A stretch of 64,000 bases of DNA. Source: Pristiophorus japonicus. Lineage: Eukaryota. The number at the start of each line of letters is the position of its first letter. Within the stretch, counting starts at the first letter, position 1. The stretch spans positions 64,604,001 to 64,668,000 of the forward strand of contig NC_091999.1 of NCBI RefSeq assembly GCF_044704955.1, given 5' to 3'. This document shows, piece after piece, positions 1 to 12,554 of the stretch. The notes below the pieces were generated by a model. That model saw only the letters and a program-made list of their open reading frames with translations. It had not been told where the DNA came from and did not search any database. Made by a program: the position numbers and the translations under genes.

Positions 1-1050
1 ACCCGCGCTCCTGTTCCCGCTCCCCGCCTGGACCCGACCCGACCCGCGCTCTTGTTCCAGCTACCAGCCTCCCCGACTGGACCCGACCCGCGCTACTGTT
101 CCCGCCCCCCCGACTGGACCCGACCCGACCCGCGCTCCTGTTCCCGCTCCCCGCCTGGACCCGACCCGACCCGCGCTCTTGTTCCAGCTCCCAGCCTCCC
201 CGACTGGACCCGACCCGCGCTACTGTTCCCGCCCCCCCGACTGGACCCGCGCTCCCGCCCCCCGACCCTACCCGACCCGACCCCCCCACTGGACACGACC
301 CGACTCCCGCTCCCGGACTGGATCCGAACTGACCTCCCTCCCTCTCACTCCCCTTCTCCCCCTCTCCCCCTCTGCTCCTCTCCCCCTTTCTCCCTCCTCC
401 CCCCTCTCTCTCTCTCTCCCCCTCTCTCTCTCCCTCCCCCTCTCTCTCTCCCTCCCCCCCTCCGACCCGAACCGAACCGAACCTCCCCGACCCGACCCAA
501 CCCAACGCCACCTACCTTTAAATCTGGTGCTGGGGACGGGCCCTGCCCGAAGTCTCGGGCCCGCCTTCGGTCCTGAAAGGCCTGCCTGAAGCACTTTCAC
601 ACAGGTGGGACGATGGTTCATTTAATCTTTTCTTTGCTTATAAATGTTTATTCAGGTTGGATTTATTTGTAAATATTTGTATAAATATAAATAAGGATTT
701 ATTATAGAATTTAATGACTTCCCTTCCCCCCCACCTCGTTCTGGACGCCTGATTTGTAACCTGCGCCTGATTTTTTAATGTGTAGAACAGGTTTTTTCAG
801 TTGTACAAAAATATTCACTTGCTCCATTCTACTTTAGTTTGGAGTACGTTTTCACTGTGGAAACTTTCAAATCAGGCGTCAGTGGCCGGACACGCCCCAT
901 TTTGAAGAAAAAATTCTGTTCCAAAGTAGAACTGTTCTACCTGACTAGAACTGCAGAAAAATATGTGGAGAATTGCGATTTCTAAGATAGTCCATTCTCC
1001 ACCAGTTGCTCCTAAAAATCAGGCGCAAATCATGTGGAAACTTGGGCCCC
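1..1050. mobile_element. Right part of a probable non-autonomous DNA transposon with an internal C-rich (CCGAC)n / 127-bp tandem repeat
   Basis: acccgcgctcctgttcccgctccccgcctgg recurs at 1 and 128, followed by a CT-rich tract. The element ends in gtggaaacttgggcccc (1034-1050), a TIR-like end (Harbinger-like GGGC start on the minus strand). It truncates the adjacent CR1. Confidence 0.5.
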
Positions 1051-3495
1051 TTGTGTGGCACCTTATTGAATGACTTCTAAAAATCAAAATACACCACATC
1101 CACTTGCTCCCCCTTATCTATTCTGCTAGTTACAAGCTCAAAAAACGAACAGATTTGTCAAACATGATTTCCCTTGCATGAATCCATGTTGACTCTGCCC
1201 AATCCTATTATTTTCTTCAAGTGTCCTGTTGCCACATCCTTAATAAAGGATTCCTGCATTTTCTCTACTACTGATGTCAGGCAAACTGGTCGTAGTTCCC
1301 CGTTTTCTCTCTCCCTCCTTTCTTAAATAATGGGGTTACATTTGTTACCTTCCAATCTGCGGGAACCTTTCTAGAATCTATGGAATTTTGAAAGATGACA
1401 ACCAATGCTTCCACTATCTCTATATCCATCTTTTTCAAACCCTTGTAGGCCATCAGGTCCAGGGGATTTATCGGCCTTCAGTGCCATTAATTTCTTCAGT
1501 ACTTTTTTTTTTTACCAATACTAATTTCTTTCAGTTCCTCATTATCGCTGGACCCTTGGTTCTCCACAATTTCCGAGAGCTTTTTGCATTTTCTTCCGTG
1601 AAGACAAAGTATTTGTTTAATTTCACTGCCATTTCCTTATCCCCCATTATAATTTCTCCTGTTTCTGCCTGTCAGTCACCCACATTTACTTTTGCTAATC
1701 TTTTCCTCTTTACATACCTATAGATGCTTTTACGGTCTGATTTTAGGTCTCTCACTAGTTTACTTTCATATTCTATTCTCACTTTCTTTATCAAATTCTT
1801 GGTCCTCCTTTGCTAAATTCTAAAATCCTCCCAATCCTCAGGCCTACTGTTCTTTTTGTCAACATTGTAAGCCTCTTCCTTTGATCTAATGCTATACTTA
1901 ACTTCTCTTGCTCGCCACAGTTGGACTACTTTTCCTGTGGCGTTTTTGTGCTTTAAAGGAATGTGTATTTGTTGTAAATTATGTATTCAATCTTTAAATG
2001 TTAGCCATTGCTAGTATACGGTCATACCTTTTAATGTAGTTTCCCAATCTACCTTAGCCAACTCGCCTCTCATATCTACGGAGTTTACTTTGGTTAGATT
2101 TAAGACCTTAGTTTCGGATTTGACAATCACTTTCAAACTGAATATAAAATTCTATCATATTATGGTCACTCTTCTCTTAGGGCCCCTTTACTACAAGGTT
2201 ATTAATTAACCCTTTCTCATTGCACAATACTAGTTGTAAAATAGCCTGCTCCCTAGTTGGTTCCTCAACATACTGATCTAGAAAACTATCGTGTTTATAT
2301 TCCATGAATTCATCCTCCACATTATTAGTGCAAATTTGGTTGGCCCAGTCTATATATAGATTAAAGTCCCCCATGATTACCGTATTACTCTTGTTACACG
2401 CGTCTCTAATTTCCTGATTTATACTCTGCCCTACATTACAACTACTATTTGGGTGCCTATAAATAACGCCCACCGATTATTTCTGTCCCTTGCGATTTCT
2501 TCACTCCACCCAAACTGATTCTACTTCTTGATTTCCGACGAAGATCTTTTTTCTCCACTGTCTTTATTCCATCCTTTATTATCAGAGCTACCCCCCCTCC
2601 TTTTGCAATTTGTCTATCCTTTCTAAAAGTTAAGAATCCTGGAATATTTTGTTACCAAATTTGGTTACTTTGCAAACCAAGTCTCTGTCATGGCTATTAG
2701 ATCAAAAGTTTATTTCTATGTGCGCTATTAATTCATCTATTTTGTTACGAATGCTTTGCGCATTCAAGTTTAGTGCCTTTAGCTTTGACTTTTTTCCATT
2801 TTTCACCTTAGTCACTGATGCCCTATTACTTTTGTTATTCTCTCTGTCCCTTCCTGACTCACTCTGCTTATTTTTACCCTAAACTGTGCTCTAGAGCCTT
2901 GACATTTCTTTTGTGCTTTTAAATTTACTCTTTCCTGAATCCTTCCCCCTGCCCAACTTTCATTAATTTAAAGCCCTGTCCACTGCCCTAGTTATTCGAT
3001 TCACCAGAACACTGCTTCCAGCCCGGTTTAAGTGGCGCCCATCCTAACGGAACAGCTCACTCTTTCCCCAGTACTGGTGCCAGTGCCACACCAAGCAAAA
3101 CCCATGCCTCCCAGACCACTCTTTGAGCCACGCCTTTAAACTTCTAATCTGCTTATTCCTATGCCAATTGTCGTGTGACTCCGGTAATAATCCAGAGATT
3201 ATTACTTTTGAGGTTCTGCTTTTTAATTTGGACCCAACTCCTCAAACTTTCTCAGCAGAATCTCATTCCTAGTTCTACCGATGTCGTTGCCTCCTACATA
3301 GACCACAACAACTGGATCCTTATCTTCCCACTCCAAGTTCTTCTCCAGCTGCGAGGAGATGTCTTTAACACTGGCGGTCAACACAACCTTCGGAACTCCC
3401 GGGCACAGCTGCAGAAAACAATACCTATCCCTCGGACTATACTGTCCCCTACCATAACTACATTCCCTTTCATTCCCCCGACTTGAATGGCCTCC
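1051..3495 (-). mobile_element. Degenerate CR1 LINE: ORF1 esterase, APE endonuclease and start of RT
   Basis: ORF1 SGNH motif PVVVVYVGGNDIGR (3223-3400); endonuclease GVIYRHPN...IMGDFN...PTREQAIL (2177-2473); RT-proximal motifs toward 1051; many stops. Confidence 0.9.
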
Positions 3496-4238
3496 TGCTC
3501 CTGAGAGGAGGGGGAGGAGTGGAGAGCACCAGTTCAAACTGTCACTATTTTGTTTACAATTACATGACCAAATAATTCTCCAGTTGCTTTTATACTTCAG
3601 TAGGTTCACAGCACCAGAAACGATTTTATAATATTCAATGCTACGGACTCCACTAGTACATGCTCTGCCCGGTAATGTACTGCAATTGGACCACACAGAC
3701 CAGAGAGATCCCAAGTCTGATGTCTGGTCTGCAGAGTTAGCAGCTAGGGCAGCGGTCGATGTGCTACGAGTGGACTCAGCACCCCTGGTTTCAGGGTTTC
3801 TGCTCATATCCGCTATCCGGGAACTCCTTGTGAAAGTTCACGGCCGTCAGGTAAGGACTAGAATTGGCACGTCTGTGATGCAGCCACTGTCAAATTCTCT
3901 GCCAGCACGCACCGTCACAGCTCACATGTGAAACAATTTGGGCGAAGGGATGGGGAGCCTGGCGTGAGGCAGCACCATAAGGACAAAGGGGAGAAAATCT
4001 GAAAAAAGAAAATGTCTGAAAAGGCATTTTTTTTAATAGTCTGTGACGAAGTGTGTGCTGGGCCTCCAGCTCCCTCGCTAGTACATTCGCCAACTCTTTC
4101 TCCTCTAGCCCCCAACTTTGGCTTCCTGTACCACCATTTCCTCCAACTAAAGCTTCACTGAAAGAGATTCTTTTTTGATCTACAATGGTCAGTAAACACC
4201 TCATGACGCATCTCCACAGAATTTATAATTTTTGATAC

Positions 4239-4420
4239 CTTGATCCAGGTTACATAGGAGCCGATACAAAGCCGTGAAGACCATCGAAGTGTGTGCAGGA
4301 TGTCGCATTCGCTCAGCTCTGTCGTGCTCATTGCCACTTGATTGACGTAAGCTTTTGATGGAGGCATGATACCCAGGATCCCCACAAGATCAAGAAGTAG
4401 TACTGAATGGAACAAGCCTC
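4239..4420 (-). CDS. UBR4: UBR4 exon with a 1-nt frameshift (EACSIQYYFLILW / ILGIMPPSKAY...SECDILHTLRWSSRLCIGSYVTWIK)
   Basis: SECDILHTLRWSSRL matches UBR4. Acceptor ttccttctag, donor gtatca. Length is 182 nt rather than 183, and the frame breaks at tgg-gg-atc (about 4380-4383). Confidence 0.9.
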
Positions 4421-5329
4421 CTAGAAGGAAAAGTCGGTGAGAGAACAGCCAGAATCTCACAAGCAATGATTCATACACAGCTATAATAAAGACAGTCAAG
4501 GACTTGCGCCCAAAACATACAGGGCATCCCAAAAAGGCACATATTGGTTAGAATCTCAACTTGGACGACCTTCATTAAATCAATAACTATTTTTCAGCAG
4601 ATGCACACCACACACTAGAATCCCCATTTTGACAGTTAGTTTAGTTTTTAGGAGGATACTATTAATCAAACCAATGATCAATTTTATCTATATCAATAAT
4701 ATATCTTGTACTATATACTTAAAATGCTGCACGGTCACAACATTGCTAAGTATTTCACCTATAAATGGTGCTGTGAACAGAACATTATGTGACATAAGAT
4801 GCAACAGGGCCGCCCAAAAGCTAAATAAATTAACTCTCCCAACTTAGGATCCACAGTAAAAAAATGTTTTTCATTATATGAAAAACTGCAGAAATTCTGC
4901 AAAATCTGCAACATTCTAGACCTTAAAAATGAATTAAAAATCGTCATCAAAGAGTGAGAATTCAGCTGTGGCTGAATGAGGCATCTGGAACGATGGCACT
5001 CCAAGCACTCCCACCCCCACCCCCACACATTCACCGTCAGAATCACTAATCCGATTTAATTCCAATTCAACAGAGTGAATAAACAAGTCAATTATGTAAC
5101 AAAGCAGGACCCACAATGCCCAATTTTCCTCGTCTCCCCAGCTGAGAGAAAAAAAAAATCACTTACCCCCGCACCCGTACACATAAATTAGTTGCCGCTG
5201 CCTCACACCCTGACGCAGCTAACTAAGCGAAGATTGCTCTTTCGACACCACTGCCCATGCTCAGGCAAAATTACAAAATTACAGTCCGTTCCACCCCGCA
5301 CTGAGGTGAATGTTGAACTCCATGATAAC

Positions 5330-5595
5330 CAGAAACCATAAATTTAAGACCATCCATAAAGGAATGAAGGAAACTTTTGTTTTTAAACAAAACAGTTTTT
5401 AGGACACAGAATGTCCTACCAGAAACAGTGGTGGAAACAGAATAGCTTTTAATAAGTGGATAAATATTTGAGAAATAAATATTTAAAAGGGTAGAGGGAA
5501 AGGGCATGGGATGGAATTAAGTGAATAGCTTTGTCCAGCGAGCCAGCACAGATACAATGGGCCCAATGGCCGCCTTCAGTGCTCCAAGATTCTAA
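5330..5595 (+). mobile_element. Old CR1 3'-end fragment
   Basis: Degenerate CR1 3' ORF end and UTR (aaagggtagagggaaagggcatggg...gagccagcacagatacaatgggcccaatggcc). Confidence 0.6.
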
Positions 5596-5613
5596 CAGAA
5601 GCCTGTGCATTAC

Positions 5614-5742
5614 CAGAGGTGTTGCATTCTTGTGCTCTTCCCGCCCGAGTGTATCAAACTGCGAGCCAGCGGCTAACAGCAAGATCAGCGATGCATAAAG
5701 GTCATCGTACTTCAAAGCACCATTACAGAGAACATCAAAGAT
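5614..5742 (-). CDS. UBR4: UBR4 exon (IFDVLCNGALKYDDLYASLILLLAAGSQFDTLGREEHKNATPL)
   Basis: KYD-LY and LLAAGSQ-DT motifs. Acceptor atttctcag, donor gtaatg, 129 nt, phase 0 to 0. Confidence 0.9.
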
Positions 5743-6037
5743 CTGAGAAATGAGAGGGAAGGGGAAAAAAGTGAACAATTAAGTCTCTAAGTGCAGCATC
5801 AAACAATTGTAAAGATAAACTCTGAATAAACATCAGAACCAATTAAATGCAAGTCTGTAGCCAAATTCCATACTCCACAATTTACCATCTCAGCACAGTG
5901 AAATATCACAGTTACACAAACCCATGAATGTGTTGTGTACTGTATCCCCGTCACACTATTACCATCCAGGTATACTATACAAATTTACAAATTTATACAA
6001 TTCCAGGATCCCCCAAACTCCAACTCATGGCTCTCAC

Positions 6038-6117
6038 CATCTCATCCAATCTGCTCCTGTCATCAGCAGATGTCTCGTGTGAAAGAATGCTGAAGAATTT
6101 GGGCAGAGGCACAGAGT
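6038..6117 (-). CDS. UBR4: UBR4 exon (DSVPLPKFFSILSHETSADDRSRLDEM)
   Basis: Aligns with recalled UBR4 DAVPQPRFYCVLSPEASEDDLNRLDSV. Acceptor cttttcaacag, donor gtgaga, 80 nt, phase 1 to 0. Confidence 0.85.
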
Positions 6118-6469
6118 CTGTTGAAAAGAAGCAGATCAGTATTAGCAATAAAAACTCAGCACAGGCTATAAATTACTCTATATTCATTCTTGTATAGGGT
6201 ATTAACCCAGACAGTAACACCACAAGAATGCAAGAACCAATCAGCTCAGCCAGCTTGCTGAATTACCTTGTCCAATGTCCAGCTACCTAACCCTCGCGCT
6301 CCAACACCCTGCCCAGTTATTCCCAATACCCAGTTCTTTCGTATCTCTACCATTACTCTGATCATCAGCCCCTTCACTGCTAACGCCCTGTCCCCTTGCT
6401 GTGACCCTCATTCTGAAACCAGCTGTCCGCAACACCCAATCTTCTCACATTTTTTTAAGCTTTGCTCCT

Positions 6470-6695
6470 AGGATGTGGGTATCACTAGCAAGGCCCAGTT
6501 ATTGCCCATCCCGAATTGCCCTCGAGAATGTGATGATGAGCCACAGCAACGACGAAGGAACGGCGGTATAGTTCCAAGTCAGGATGTTGTGTGACTTGGA
6601 GGGAAATTTACAGGTGATGGCGTTCATATGCATCTGCTGCCCTTGTCCTTCTAGATGGTAGAGGTCACAGGTTTGGGAGGTGCTGTCGGAGAAAC
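6470..6695 (-). mobile_element. 3' fragment of a shark LINE (CR1/L2 superfamily)
   Basis: Same family as 62085-62250 + 63615-63795 (ttattgcccatcc...gaaggaacggc...ctgctgcccttgtc). Confidence 0.7.
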
Positions 6696-7160
6696 TGCCG
6701 TCAGATCCAGCAACTTCAGTCCTACTCCTCCAGCACCCAGCTGCCCCAGACACAAATTTCCAACATCTAGTTCCCTGACATGAAGCCTCCTTGCTCAGAT
6801 GTAACCTGTGGCCTCTGACACCCAAAGGACCTAAACTGACCATTTAATTTTATCAGATTGTTTTTTAATGTGCCTCTTTAACTTGTATTTTTTAATTTGA
6901 TTGATAGATCCCTCTGAATTTTACTAGATTCCTCCCTGTTTCCTGCCCTCCAATCAACACAATGTCAGGATCAGATTCAATCTTTGTGCTTTGAATTTCT
7001 AACGTTTTCAACTAATCCCCATAGCTGGAGAATAAACCACTCCACTGGCCTACCAATATCATTGTCCACATCCTCATTATCTGCTACCCTGAGTGTCACC
7101 TTTTCTCACACAGTGAAACCATTCTACAATTCTATCCACTCAGCATTCATTGCTTAGCTT

Positions 7161-7428
7161 GCCTTACCTGTCCCACTGTGTTGAGCTCTATTTTGCCATA
7201 TCTGTTCCACTGTGTTTAGTCCAGTTTTGCTGTACCTGTTGCAGTGTTTAGCCAGGTTTTGCCGTACCTGTCCCACTGTGTTTAGCTCTATTTTGCCGTA
7301 CCTGTCCCACTGTGTTTAGCCCAGTTTTGCCGTACCTGTTGCAGTGTTTAGCCCAGTTTTGCCGTACCTGTCTCACTGTGTTTAGCTTGGTTTGCCGTAC
7401 CTGTTGCATTGTTTTTAGCCCAGTTTTC
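7161..7428 (-). repeat. Minisatellite of 8 units (32-34 bp) made of the UBR4 exon 3' end plus its splice donor
   Basis: Plus-strand unit ttttgccgtacctgt(cccactg|tgcag)tgtttagcccag. Donor-equivalent positions are 7399, 7366, 7334, 7300, 7266, 7234, 7200 and 7166. Confidence 0.9.
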
Positions 7429-7545
7429 TTCAACCTCTTTAAATCCGTGGTAGAGTGGCACCTGGATGCGCCAGCCAGATTCCTGAGTACCGCTGGCACT
7501 GGTACCAGCACTGCATATTGGTGGATTTAACAGATTGTATTGAAT
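7401..7545 (-). CDS. UBR4: UBR4 exon (IQYNLLNPP...PLYHGFKEVEENWAK)
   Basis: PLYHGFKEVEENW motif. Acceptor tttttctatag, donor gtacgg, 145 nt, phase 0 to 1. Confidence 0.9.
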
Positions 7546-9205
7546 CTATAGAAAAAAAACCACTCATGTCAGACAAAGACATGCTCTAACACAGGCTGCC
7601 CCACACACATCCTGACAGTGTTACATTTATACCCTCAAAGTCATTGGAGTTTGTTTTTTAAAAAAGCACCAGAAGGAGAAAAGAGCGCAACAATTTCATG
7701 TGTAAATCAAGAAGGATTGCAACTGTAAACGGACTGGGTGATTTCAGAGCCCCCACACCTAATAACTAAATGGTAGGTTCAGGATAGAATTGAAAAGAGA
7801 CTGAGCAGAAAGAAAGAAATAGCAACGGTTGAGTGAATGATGCAAGAAAAGGCTAAAGCTTAAACCGAACACAAAGGAAGCAGAGAAACCCACAACAGAT
7901 GCTTTTGCAGGAATGATAAGAGAAAGCAGAAACTAAACAAAGCACAGAAACAGACACAAATGCAGAAAATTAGGCTTCGAGAGTGAGAGGCTAAAATAAA
8001 GTCAAGTATAGAAACGTGAGGTTCAGTTTGAGAGATTGAAAACCTGAACTAAACACATTGAGGATTGGTAGAAAAATACACTTAATTTTTTTTGTTAAAA
8101 TTGCTTAAATACTTTTGCCGACAGTTCAGCGATGTCATCCAGTGAGAACTGCTGGGAAGGGCATGTGACAATTAAACAAGGACGGGATCAAGCTCGCCTG
8201 CAATGCCTCCATAGTTGAATAGTTTCTTGGCATTAACTGCCTGGACTAACAGATGAAGAACATTTAGTTGGGTCATGTACTGGATGGCACCACATCCCAA
8301 AAAGGAGTCAATACCATGGGGAAGAAGAAAATATTTTAAGCATTATATAGGGTTAATATAACTGCCATAGAGCTATCAAATGAGCTGAAAACCTATTTTA
8401 CTGGACCTGCTTGCTGTCCCAAGGTTAAAAAGTTTTTTTTAAATTCTACCAGCTGCTTTTAGTTCTGGTGTTTATCTTTCCGAGGTTTATTTAGTGTTTC
8501 ACGTGTGATGTCCAAGATCAGTATGTACAACAAGCAATTTTCATATTTTGTATAAAGTTTGTCATTTTTATAATGGTGAATAACTGGGGGTGTTGTGGAG
8601 AGAAAGTAACTCTGGTTTAAACTAGCATTCTCCTGAGCACTGATTGGCACACAATAAGTGCCAAACAGTCTTCATCAGAGCCGAGTTACCCAGCGTGACC
8701 GTCACTTAAGAGGCTCTGCCTCAGTCCCTTTTCATTCCCTCCTACAACCAATTTATGGGACTCCTGTTGTAACCTGAATATGAATCAAATGACTGCTCCA
8801 AGATTGCTAAAGTAGCACAAATGGGGTAAAATAAAATGTTATGTTCAGATTTACAAAAAAAAAAGAGCGCATACTAAACAAAAAGGTGTCTAGCTCTATG
8901 TGGTCACCCACTCAGTGTAAATGAGTTGGACAAGTTGCACGGTCAACATAGCAAAACAGCCAGTTATCAAAGTGAAAGACAGGTTTTGATGAGACCCCCA
9001 AATGCATTGAGCCAATGCCCGAGACACTGCATATCTCTCTCATAATTGGTGTAAAGTTGCTGTACATTTTCATACCAGCATTACTCATTTAACCTGAACA
9101 TGTTTTGATCAACAGAATGGAAGGTCGTTAATACAACGGTTACAATTATAGTTTTGTGTTAATTTATAACTTAGATATTCAGTCACCAGCTCAATTAGTC
9201 CTGAC

Positions 9206-9488
9206 CTGTTCAAAAAGGTAGATTGGCACTTTTGAATATTGCTGAAGGATGTATTCAAAAACCAACAACAATCGAGCAAGTGTCAGTGGCACACACCGAA
9301 CCTGAGTCTCTGCCTTAGATGCCACTTCAACAATCACCTGTGTGCACATCGTGACGACAGCGCGCCGGCCACTCTCCGCGAAATTGTGGAAAATTAGCAG
9401 CAGAAGCTGAAGGTGCTCGACATTCAGATCCTCAGAGTCAGTCGGTACTACCCCCTGGAATATATTTTGCTTCAGTGTCCCAATAAAC
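9206..9488 (-). CDS. UBR4: UBR4 exon (FIGTLKQNIFQGVVPTDSEDLNVEHLQLLLLIFHNF...PIYLFEQ)
   Basis: EDLNVEHLQ-LLLIFHNF and VPL-LARLLL motifs. Acceptor ttccctgctag, donor gtcagg, 283 nt, phase 2 to 0. Confidence 0.95.
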
Positions 9489-9879
9489 CTAGCAGGGAAA
9501 AAAAAGAGGAAATTATTCACTTACCTGTCTGTGCTGAGAGTAAAGCTACTCAGGCAGACTTTAAACGATCGTTGAACAAACTGATGACTGTGGGATGAGC
9601 TACGAATTCCAGGATTACATAGCCAAAGCAATGGGACTGATAACTGCCTTCGTCTGTAAGCCTGTGCATAGATGGACTTTCACTCTTTCAACGTCTGGTC
9701 TCAATGATGAGCACCAATTCTCTCATAATTTAGCAAAACGAACTTAAACATAACAAACGCTGCTTCAATGCTGTACTCCATACAGAAACACAGCAAAAGA
9801 CACGATATTTGAGAGGAACGGGCAGGTTCCTTTCAATCTTTTTTCGTTAAGATATTTGCTAGTATTAAGAATTCCTTAC

Positions 9880-10049
9880 CTTTCCCAGATTTGCATACAT
9901 TCCGGGACATCTGGCTCACCCTGTGCACCGGCTTTGTGCTGCCAGATTAGCAGCAGACGTGACAGCACAGAGAGGCTCTGCGAGTGGATGTACAGCGGCC
10001 ATGGACCCTCGGAAAATGGGGCGATTCCCAGCTGCTGCAGTAGCGTATT
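9880..10049 (-). CDS. UBR4: UBR4 exon (NTLLQQLGIAPFSEGPWPLYIHSQSLSVLSRLLLIWQHKAGAQGEPDVPECMQIWER)
   Basis: Near-identical to recalled vertebrate UBR4. Acceptor ttcactcag, donor gtaagg, 170 nt, phase 0 to 2. Confidence 0.95.
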
Positions 10050-10151
10050 CTGAGTGAAACACCACATAGTTAACACCGTGATGTTGAATGTGATTACCAC
10101 AGCAATAGACTCATAGACAACATCAGCCTGTTGATCTGTATAATACTAGAT

Positions 10152-12554
10152 ATGATATTTCTAGACCAATATGTCGAGGAACCAACTAGGGGGGAGGCCA
10201 TCTTAGACTGGGTGTTGTGTAATGAGAGAGGATTAATTAGCAATCTCGTTGTGCGAGGCCCCTTGGGGAAGAGTGACCATACTATGGTGGAATTCTGCAT
10301 TAGGATGGAGAATGAAACAGTTAATTCAGAGACCATGGTCCAGAACTTAAAGAAGAGTAACTTTGATGGTATGAGGCGTAAATTGGCTAGGATAGATTGG
10401 TGAATGATACTTAAGGGGTTGACTGTGGATGGGCAATGGCAGACATTTAGAGACCGCATGGATGAACTACAACAATAGTACATTCCTCTATGGCGTAAAA
10501 ATAAAAAAGGTAAGGTGGCTCAACCGTGGCTATCAAGGAAAATCAGGGATAGTATTAAAGCCAAGGAAGTGGCATACAAATTGGCCAGAAATAGCAGCGA
10601 ACCCGGAGACTGGGAGAAATTTAGAACTCAGCAGAGGAGGAGAAAGGGTTTGATTAGGGCAGGGGAAATGTATACGAGAAGAATCTTGCAGGGAACATTA
10701 AGACGGATTGCAAACGTTTCGATAGATATGTAAAGAAAAAAAGGTTAGTAAAGACAAATATAGGTCCCCTGCAGTCAGAATCAGGGGAAGTCATAACGGG
10801 GAACAAAGAAATGGCGGACCAATTGAACAAGTACTTTGTTTCGGTATTCACTAAGGAGGACACAAACAACCTTCTGGATATAAAAGGGGTCAGAGGGTCT
10901 AGTAAGGAGGAGGAACTGAGGGAAATCCTTATTAGTCGGGAAATTATATTGGGGAAATTGATGGGATTGAAGGCCGATAAATCCCCAGGGCCTGATGGAC
11001 TGCATCCCAGAGTACTTAAGGAGGTGGCCTTGGAAATAGCGGATGCATTGACAGTCATTTTCTAACATTCCATTGACTCTGGATCTTTTCCTATCGAGTG
11101 GAGGGTAGCCAATGTAACCCCACTTTTTAAAAAAGGAGGGAGAGAGAAAACAGGGAATTATAGACCAGTCAGCCTGACCTCAGTAGTGGGTAAAATGATG
11201 GAATCAATTATTAAAGATGTCATAGCAGCGCATTTGGAAAATGGTGACATGATAGGTCAAAGTCAGCATGGATTAGTGATAGGGAAATCATGCTTGACAA
11301 ATCTTCTGGAATATTTTGAGGATGTTTCCAGTAAAGTGTACAAAGGAGAACCAGTTGTTGTGGTATATTTGAACTTTCAGAAGGCCTTCGACAAGGTCCC
11401 ACACAAGAGATTAATGTGCAAAGTTAAAGCACATGGGATTGGGGGTAGTGTGCTGACGTGGATTGAGAACTGTTTGTCAGACAGGAAGCAAAGAGTAGGA
11501 GTAAATGGGTACTTTTCAGAATGGCAGGCAGTGACTAGTGGGGTACCGCAAGGTTCTATGCTGGGGCCCCAGCTGTTTACATTGTACATTAATAATTTAG
11601 ACGAGGGGATTAAATGTAGCATCTCCAAATTTGCGGATGTCACTAAGTTGGGTGGCAGTGTGAGCTGCGAGGAGGATGCTGTGAGGCTACAGAGTGAATT
11701 GGATAGGTTAGCTAAGTGGGCAAATGCATGGCAGATGAAGTATAATGTGGAGAAATGTGAGGTTATCCACTTTGGTGGTAAAAACAAAGAGACAGACTAT
11801 TATCTGAATGGTGACAGGTTAGGAAAAGGGAAGGTGCAACGAGACCTCGGTGTCATGGTACATCAGTCATTGAAGGTTGGCATGCAGGTACAGCAGGTGG
11901 TTAAGAAAGCAAATGGCATGTTGGCCTTCATAGCGAGGGGATTTGAGTACAGGGGCAGGGAGGTGTTGCTACAGTTGTAAAGGGCCTTGGTGAGGCCACA
12001 CCTTAAGTATTGTGTACAGTTTTGGTCTCCTAACTTGAGGAAGGACATTCTTGCTATTGAGGGAGTGCAGCGAAGATTCACCAGACTGATTCCCGAAATG
12101 GCGGGACTGACCTAACAAGAAAGACTTGTATTCACTGGAGTTCAGAAGAATGAGAGGAGACCTCATGGAAACATTTAAAATTCTGACGGGTTTAGACAGG
12201 TTAGATGCAGGAAGAATGTTCCCAATTTTGGGGAAGTCGAGAACCAGGGGGCACAGTCTAAGGATAAGGGGTAAGCCATTTAGGTGCGAGATGAGGAGAA
12301 ACTTCTTCACCCAGAGAGTGGTGAACCTGTGGCTTTCTCTACCACAGAAAGTAGTTGAGGCCAATTCACTAAATATATTCAAAAGGGAGTTAGATGAAGT
12401 CCTTAAGACTCGGGGGATCAAGGGGTATGGCGAGAAAGCAGGAATGGGGTCCTCAAGTTTCATGTTCAGCCATGAACTCATTGAATGGCGGTGCAGGCTA
12501 GAAGGGCTGAATCGCCTGCTCCTGCACTTATTTTCTATGTTTCTATGTTTCTAT
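10152..12554 (+). mobile_element. Young 5'-truncated CR1 LINE (end of endonuclease, RT, 3' UTR, (TTCTATGT)n tail)
   Basis: KSPGPDG, QHG, KSCLTNL, SGVPQGS-LGP and KFAD motifs; only a few stops and frameshifts; terminal octamer repeats at 12533-12554. Confidence 0.97.

Larger units (their letters stand above)
4239..10049 (-). pseudogene. UBR4: UBR4 (p600) gene fragment of six exons, probably a partial or decaying copy
   Basis: Six collinear exons match the recalled human UBR4 region NTLLQQLG...SSYVNWIK. One exon has a 1-nt frameshift. The next upstream exon was not found before the CR1/satellite. Pseudogene status is inferred. Confidence 0.55.

Noticed and set aside
52-621. Pro-rich and Arg/Gly-rich ORFs
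   Set aside because: These come from low-complexity repeats that lack stop codons.
3890-4204. Strong acceptor near 4000 and short ORFs as the next UBR4 exon
   Set aside because: No frame resembles the expected DHLIKQGMK... or ISSFCSIDC... sequence.
9525-9533. Possible 9-nt UBR4 microexon (ctctcag|cacagacag|gtaagt)
   Set aside because: The downstream intron would be only 36 nt, too short for normal vertebrate splicing.
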